NCBI GenBank assembly: GCA_947632735.1
Contig: CANRQG010000001.1
Coordinates: forward strand, 3,903-67,902
DNA from: an uncultured Bacilli bacterium
GTDB lineage: Bacteria; Bacillota_I; Bacilli_A; RF39; UBA660
Length of the DNA: 64,000 nt
Reading direction: 5' to 3'
This document shows, one piece after another, positions 59,366-64,000 of the stretch; within the stretch, counting starts at the first letter, position 1, and each line of letters begins with the position of its first letter. Made by a program: the position numbers and the translations under genes. A model generated the notes under the pieces. That model was not told where the DNA came from. It was given only the letters and a program-made list of their open reading frames with translations, and did no database searches.

Positions 59366-59427
59366 AATAGGTAAAAACATACAACTAATTTTTAACTTTT
59401 CATACAATACTTTAGGTGATAAGAAAA

Positions 59428-59634
59428 ATGGCAAATAATATATTAACGCCTCGTGAACGAAAAATCTTTGAGCTTTTAATAGATAATATGAGTACAAAAC
59501 AAATAGCTTTAGAACTAGGTATTAGTGAAAAGACGGTTCGTAATCATATATCAAACGTTATGCAAAAACTTGGAGTTAATGGTCGAGCAGGAGCTGTTGT
59601 TGAATTGTTAAAACTTAAAGAATTATCCATCTAA
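59428..59634 (+). CDS. gerE: GerE-like LuxR-type HTH transcriptional regulator
   Basis: LTPRERKIFELL...TKQIALELGISEKTVRNHISNVMQKLGVNGRAGAVVELLKL; near-identical motif string to B. subtilis GerE (ISEKTVRNHISNAMQKLGV). Confidence 0.75.
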   Translation: MANNILTPRERKIFELLIDNMSTKQIALELGISEKTVRNHISNVMQKLGVNGRAGAVVELLKLKELSI

Positions 59635-59662
59635 AACGTACTAAAAAAGTGCGTTTTTTCAT
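59635..59662 (+). terminator. Rho-independent terminator after gerE
   Basis: AACGTAC-taaaaaa-GTGCGTT with a T6 run. Confidence 0.45.
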
Positions 59663-59682
59663 ATACTTTTTTAGGTGATAAA

Positions 59683-60627
59683 ATGCTTAGAACAAGAGCC
59701 TTAAAAAAAATATTCATAACAACACTTTCAATGTTTATTTTATTAACTGTTTTTTCTTTACCAACATTTAAAAAAGAAACTGTTTTAAGGACAAATCTTG
59801 AAGTAGAAGAAAAAACTACTCTAAAAACCAATAGTATCTATCTATTAAATAAAGATAATTATTTAGTAAAAACCAAAATATTTATAGAAGCAACTGATAA
59901 AGAAGATAAGATTAGAGAAATCCTTAATAATTTAATTATAAAAAAAAATAATAAATTACCAACTGGCTTAAGTGGCACTATTCCAAGTGAAACTACTGTT
60001 CAAGAAGTAATTGTTAATAAGGATATAGTTACTATTGATTTTTCTAAAGAAATATTAAAAGTACAAGAATCTTTAGAAAAGCAAATGATTACTTCAATAG
60101 TTTATAGTCTTTTAGAATTAAAAGACCTAAAAGGTGTAATTGTTCTAGTTAATGGTAATACATTACTAGAATATCCTAATTCTAAAGAAAAGCTTCCATC
60201 TATCTTAGATAAGAAAATTGGTATTAATAATAAATATTTATTAACATCCCGGGATAATATCTCTAAAGTTGTTATCTATTACTTAGAAGATATAGAAGAA
60301 AATCTTTACTACGTGCCTGTTACAAAATACATAAATGATAACCGTGACAAGATAAAAATTATAATTGAAGAGTTAACTACCAATTATATTTATGAGCCTA
60401 ATCTTATGAGTTTTTTAGATAATAAAGTTGAACTACTTGATTATCACGAAGAAAATGATGTCTTATTTCTAAACTTCAATGATTATTTATATAATAGTAA
60501 AGATAAAATTTTAGAAGAAGTTTTATATAGTATTGCTTATTCTGTCTTTGACAATTATAACGTTAATATGGTTATGTTTGAAGTTAATGAAAAAGAAGTA
60601 AAATATATTTCAAAAAAAGACATTTAA
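59683..60627 (+). CDS. GerM-like protein with two GerMN domains (sporulation/germination)
   Basis: Signal/lipoprotein-like N-terminus. Segment ...IREILNNLI...LPTGLSGTIPSETTVQEVIVNKDIVTIDFSKE fits the GerMN pattern. Confidence 0.45.
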   Translation: MLRTRALKKIFITTLSMFILLTVFSLPTFKKETVLRTNLEVEEKTTLKTNSIYLLNKDNYLVKTKIFIEATDKEDKIREILNNLIIKKNNKLPTGLSGTIPSETTVQEVIVNKDIVTIDFSKEILKVQESLEKQMITSIVYSLLELKDLKGVIVLVNGNTLLEYPNSKEKLPSILDKKIGINNKYLLTSRDNISKVVIYYLEDIEENLYYVPVTKYINDNRDKIKIIIEELTTNYIYEPNLMSFLDNKVELLDYHEENDVLFLNFNDYLYNSKDKILEEVLYSIAYSVFDNYNVNMVMFEVNEKEVKYISKKDI

Positions 60628-60668
60628 AAAACGTACTCTATCGTGAAGTACGTTTCTATTTTTTACTT
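60628..60668 (+). terminator. Rho-independent terminator
   Basis: AAACGTACT-ctatcgtga-AGTACGTTT then ctatttttt. Confidence 0.55.
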
Positions 60669-60692
60669 GAATTTTTTCAAGTATAAATCATA

Positions 60693-60769
60693 TGGTGTCC
60701 GCGAGGCGACTCGAACGCCTGACCGATCGCTTAGAAGGCGATTGCTCTATCCAGCTGAGCTACGCAGAC
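60693..60769 (-). tRNA. tRNA-Arg (anticodon UCU)
   Basis: The reverse complement GTCTGCGTAGCTCAGCTGGATAGAGCAATCGCCTTCTAAGCGATCGGTCAGGCGTTCGAGTCGCCTCGCGGACACCA folds as a cloverleaf. Acceptor stem GUCUGCG/CGCGGAC, anticodon loop CUUCUAA, encoded CCA. A consensus promoter TTGAAA-17-TATAAT lies on the minus strand at about 60792-60820. Confidence 0.85.
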
Positions 60770-60871
60770 ATATTTCAACTGACAACTAGAATTATACAAT
60801 AAAAAAGCTTATATTTCAAGTGCTTTCAAACAAATAAAGCATTTTTCTTGTAAAAAATGCTTTATCCTAAG

Positions 60872-60929
60872 TATTATTTTGTTTGTGTTTTTTCTTAGTC
60901 TTTATCAATATCACGCAATTATTGATTTA
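60872..60929. repeat. Copy A of a ~55-bp imperfect direct repeat (ttattttgtttg ... agtctttatca ... tatcacgc ... ttgatt)
   Basis: Directly comparable with copy B at 63243-63306; blocks of 12, 11, 8 and 6 identical nt in the same order. Confidence 0.6.
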
Positions 60930-60937
60930 TGTCTATT

Positions 60938-61627
60938 TTAAACTTCAATGTCAACGCCATTCATAGCGTCATATATTTCAGCAGATTTCTCACTAAATTT
61001 GAAAACTCTACCATAACCATAGTAAGAGAAAGTGTAATCTTGACTATCTACTAACCAAGCTGTTTTCATAGCGTGTTGGTAGCTAGCGTAAACGTGACCA
61101 CCCATTGCTACTCTATAAGTTTGTGTCAATTTCATATCACTCGCATCGTGTAATTTAAAGGAACAGCCAAGTCCATTACTTTCTTTTTTGTATTCATCAA
61201 TTAAAGAAGATTCAACACTTGATTCTATGACTGTAAAAGGAGAGTTTTTTAAAGTAGTATTTTCAAAATAAGCGCCCATAACATCATAAGATCTAACAGT
61301 TGGAAGACCTTTCCACTCATAGTAAACATTTATCAAACAGTTTGATGAACAAGATTTAGCAATACTAAGTATTCTACCAGAATCTTCAATAAAGTCGCCT
61401 CTTGTAAGATTTGGTTTGAATTCCACAACTTTCTTTTCAACTGGATGAGAGAAAATATCATCACTTTTTAAATCATCATATAACTCTTTAGTGACATATT
61501 TTTGAAAGCCTTCATAGTACATTTCTGAGATAAAATCATATTCTTTTTTAGTTAAACTTACACCATTTTCATTTGTGTAATATTTTTCTTCTGCCAAGAC
61601 AAATGTTGGAATAATTAAAATAGACAT
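60938..61627 (-). CDS. Secreted hypothetical protein (229 aa)
   Basis: Short N-terminal signal-like segment, several Cys, no recognised motif. Co-oriented with and downstream of the HTH-membrane gene. Confidence 0.35.
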   Translation of the reverse strand: MSILIIPTFVLAEEKYYTNENGVSLTKKEYDFISEMYYEGFQKYVTKELYDDLKSDDIFSHPVEKKVVEFKPNLTRGDFIEDSGRILSIAKSCSSNCLINVYYEWKGLPTVRSYDVMGAYFENTTLKNSPFTVIESSVESSLIDEYKKESNGLGCSFKLHDASDMKLTQTYRVAMGGHVYASYQHAMKTAWLVDSQDYTFSYYGYGRVFKFSEKSAEIYDAMNGVDIEV

Positions 61628-61733
61628 TAAAATTAAAAAACATAAATTTCTCTTTTTTATCTAAAATCCCTCCTTTCTATTATAATTGTATCAAACTTTT
61701 AAAAATTAAAGGTAGAACTTAACAAGTTCTACC

Positions 61734-63077
61734 TCACTCAATAAAGATTTCTAGGTATTTAAATATTATGTCAGCTAAGATTTGATAGTTTTCACTTTTA
61801 TTAGCAAAATCGCTATCACTTATAATAATTTCATTTTTTAAATCATCGTTTTCATAAATATTTAACAAGATTATATTTGAATTTAGTTTCCAATTGCATT
61901 CATAAACAAATTCATTTTGAATTGCATAAATATTTAATGTATTATTTTTCTCAAAGAAACTTATATTTACCTCAGCACCATTACTTAAATAATTTTTTGT
62001 ATAAACTTTAATAAAGCTATTATCCTCCAAAGTAAAATTCTTCTTAATCATCTTTATTAATAAATCTTTATTTTCTAAATAACCTAAAATTTTCTCATAA
62101 TTGTCTTTCGTTTTTGAATCATCTTTTTTATTTGTAACTTCTACATTGTCTTCACTTTCATTTTTATTAGCATTCTCATTATCAGTAATAATATTACTAT
62201 CTTTTATTGTTGATTTTTCTTTTGACTTTTCTTCCTTCTCTTCCTTTTCACTACTTTTCTCCTCAGAATTATCGCTTTTTTCTTTAATTTTTCCAACAGC
62301 ATTCCCTAAATGATTATTATCCATAAGGAATTTTAACTTTGAAGAGAAAATAGAATTGTTTGAAAAATAATTAGTTACTTTTAAGTGTAATTTTTCTTTT
62401 TCGTCATCATTATATATTATCTCTAAATAAAGACTATCTTTTAATTTATCTACTTCATTAAATTTAAAATACAAATTATAACCGTAATAATCAATAAGTA
62501 AAAAGTCACTATCTTTAGTAGAATAAATTAAATTACTTTTGCCATTTTTTGAATAATACAAATTTAACTTTTTAATTTTCACATTTTTGTCATCATAAAC
62601 TAGTTTACCAGATTGAAAATAAATTTTTTGCTTAGTTACAATCAAAATACCATTAGATTGTGAGAAAATTTTTCCTTTACTATTAACATTATAAAACTTT
62701 ATTGAATTATATGAATTTATAAAATAGTATATAAAGAAAAATAAAATTAATAAAACTGCAACAACAATATTTATCAAAATCATATTTCTTATTTTTTTGC
62801 TTTTCGAAATATTTTCATCAACCATTTTCAAAGTAACTTCTTTTAATTTTTCAGGTGTCTTTTCATTTTTTCTTTCACCAGTTAAAAGTTCATCAACAGT
62901 AACATCAAATATTTTGCTAAGAATTACTAAAGTAGAAGAATCTGGTATAGAAATTGCACATTCCCATTTACTAACTGCTTGTCTAGAAATAGGAATCATT
63001 TTTGCTAGTTGATATTGACTTAAATTTTTCTCAGTTCTTAATTGCTTTATAAATTGACCTGTTTTACCTGCATCCAT
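61734..63077 (-). CDS. Membrane-tethered XRE-family HTH regulator: cytoplasmic HTH, one TM, large extracellular domain with an acidic/Lys-rich low-complexity linker
   Basis: N-terminal FIKQLRTEKNLSQYQLAKMIPISRQAVSKWE HTH_3, then the IVVAVLLILFFFIYYFI TM, then ~330 aa extracytoplasmic. Confidence 0.55.
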   Translation of the reverse strand: MDAGKTGQFIKQLRTEKNLSQYQLAKMIPISRQAVSKWECAISIPDSSTLVILSKIFDVTVDELLTGERKNEKTPEKLKEVTLKMVDENISKSKKIRNMILINIVVAVLLILFFFIYYFINSYNSIKFYNVNSKGKIFSQSNGILIVTKQKIYFQSGKLVYDDKNVKIKKLNLYYSKNGKSNLIYSTKDSDFLLIDYYGYNLYFKFNEVDKLKDSLYLEIIYNDDEKEKLHLKVTNYFSNNSIFSSKLKFLMDNNHLGNAVGKIKEKSDNSEEKSSEKEEKEEKSKEKSTIKDSNIITDNENANKNESEDNVEVTNKKDDSKTKDNYEKILGYLENKDLLIKMIKKNFTLEDNSFIKVYTKNYLSNGAEVNISFFEKNNTLNIYAIQNEFVYECNWKLNSNIILLNIYENDDLKNEIIISDSDFANKSENYQILADIIFKYLEIFIE

Positions 63078-63203
63078 AATATTTTTTCACCTCCTTCTTA
63101 TTCTTAAATAATTATAACATTTTTTGTTAATTTATAGAATACAAATATAAACATATTTTAGCTCTAAAACAACAAAAAAACCGAAAAAAGTTTTCAGTTT
63201 TCA

Positions 63204-63361
63204 TTGTTCTTTATGGCAAAATATGGTAATATGTAATTGGGATTTATTTTGTTTGAAAATTTGTTTTTTTCAATAAGTCTTTATCATATATCACGCGTTT
63301 GATTAAGAATTAAAAAATAAAATAAAATCCTAAAGGGAAGACACAAATCTTCCTTTTTTTT
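63204..63361 (+). ncRNA. Candidate short transcript or leader: promoter (TTGTTC, 18-nt spacer, TGgTAATAT), repeat copy B, intrinsic terminator (GGGAAGA-cacaaa-TCTTCC-T9)
   Basis: Promoter and terminator are both readable on the + strand about 130 nt apart with no ORF between them. Could be an sRNA or a terminator/attenuator in the leader of the exporter gene. Confidence 0.3.
63243..63306. repeat. Copy B of the ~55-bp direct repeat
   Basis: See copy A. Confidence 0.6.
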
Positions 63362-63444
63362 GCAATTTTTTACAATTTTTTGCAAAAAAAATAAAAATTT
63401 GTCAAAATAATGGAAATAATATAAATGGAGGTGAGAGAAACAGC

Positions 63445-64000
63445 TTGGCGATAAAAATAGTTTTGCAAGATGGTATTAAAGATTGTGGCATCTGTTGTTT
63501 ACTATCTATCATTAGATACTATGGGGGAGATGTATCTAAAGAATATTTAAGAGAAATAACAGACACTACCAAGGATGGAGTTTCATTATATCAACTGTTA
63601 AATGGTGCTTCAAAATTAGGCTTTACTGCTACTGGCGTGAAAGGTGAAATAACAAAAATAAATGCAAATAACTTACCCTGCATTGCCCACGTAATAGTAA
63701 ATAAAAATTATAAACACTTTGTAGTGATATATAAAATTGACTCAAAAAATAAGCAAGTTACTTTAATGGACCCTGCAAAGGGTAAAAAAATAATCTCTTT
63801 TTCTGAATTTAATCTATTATCGAGTGGTCATTTCCTTTTCCTAACACCAACCAAAAAACTACCGATAATAAAAAGAAAAAGAATTTTATTAAAAATAATC
63901 ATAAATGCTTTGAAGACAAGTCATATTAAAGCAATAATATTTATAAATTTAACTATAATATACTTTATTTTAGTTATAGTCACTTCTTTCCACTTCAAAT
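63445..64000 (+). CDS. ABC-type bacteriocin/peptide exporter, N-terminal C39 peptidase domain (partial, continues beyond the window)
   Basis: TTG start after RBS ggaggtga. QDGIKDCGICCLLSIIRYYG...ITKINANNLPCIAHV is the double-glycine-leader peptidase C39 signature with catalytic Cys. Confidence 0.75.
   Translation, partial: MAIKIVLQDGIKDCGICCLLSIIRYYGGDVSKEYLREITDTTKDGVSLYQLLNGASKLGFTATGVKGEITKINANNLPCIAHVIVNKNYKHFVVIYKIDSKNKQVTLMDPAKGKKIISFSEFNLLSSGHFLFLTPTKKLPIIKRKRILLKIIINALKTSHIKAIIFINLTIIYFILVIVTSFHFK

Noticed and set aside
1-64000. CRISPR arrays, rRNA genes, IS elements or prophage blocks
   Set aside because: No regularly spaced direct repeats with unique spacers were seen, and no rRNA-like conserved stretches. 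The only mobile-like gene is a solitary Rpn-family ORF without inverted repeats. The GH25 lysozyme, tail-collar protein and XRE regulators are not accompanied by capsid, terminase or integrase genes.

Overview
This is a very AT-rich window (roughly 28-30% GC by eye). It is gene-dense and almost entirely on the + strand, consistent with a low-GC Firmicute. The organism retains sporulation and division genes (gerE, a SpoIIIAH-like gene, a GerMN-domain gene, sepF, divIVA, a YlmH-like gene). Product calls rest on motif recognition in the supplied translations; no database search was run.

Content in order:
(1) Two tandem anaerobic ribonucleotide reductase operons, nrdD-nrdG-dut followed by nrdD-nrdG. 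The second NrdD lacks its glycyl-radical domain, which sits in a separately translated 57-aa ORF.
(2) An orphan PASTA-repeat membrane protein.
(3) A ~16 kb cell-wall glycopolymer locus. It holds a Wzy/O-antigen-ligase::GT4 fusion, several GT2 enzymes, three GtrB-like polyprenyl-phosphate sugar synthases, an SGNH protein, a TagG/TagH-like ABC exporter, a TagB/F-like enzyme, a putative GT-C membrane protein, an acyltransferase-3 and a short paralog remnant.
(4) Housekeeping and accessory genes: DagK-like kinase, Rpn-family nuclease, FemAB, ArsR plus a Cd/Zn P-type ATPase with a recognisable ArsR-type operator, GH25 muramidase, a tail-collar-domain protein under an XRE operator array, pgi, PAP2, RluA, GH3 and asnS.
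(5) An unusual module: RHH protein, FGE-sulfatase-like surface protein, stand-alone PP2C phosphatase, lipoprotein, and a HerA/DUF87-like ATPase with a Pro/Gly-rich repeat tail.
(6) sepF, divIVA, then a T-box leader, two tandem CaCA antiporter genes and a type-2 ileS.
(7) Two mTERF-like tandem-repeat proteins.
(8) An SDR, a Met-gamma-lyase-family protein, the SpoIIIAH-like gene, gerE and the GerMN gene.
(9) tRNA-Arg(UCU) on the minus strand.
(10) A two-gene minus-strand cassette (membrane-tethered XRE regulator plus secreted protein) flanked by ~55-bp direct repeats, and the start of a C39-peptidase ABC (bacteriocin-type) exporter.

No CRISPR array, rRNA or IS element was seen.
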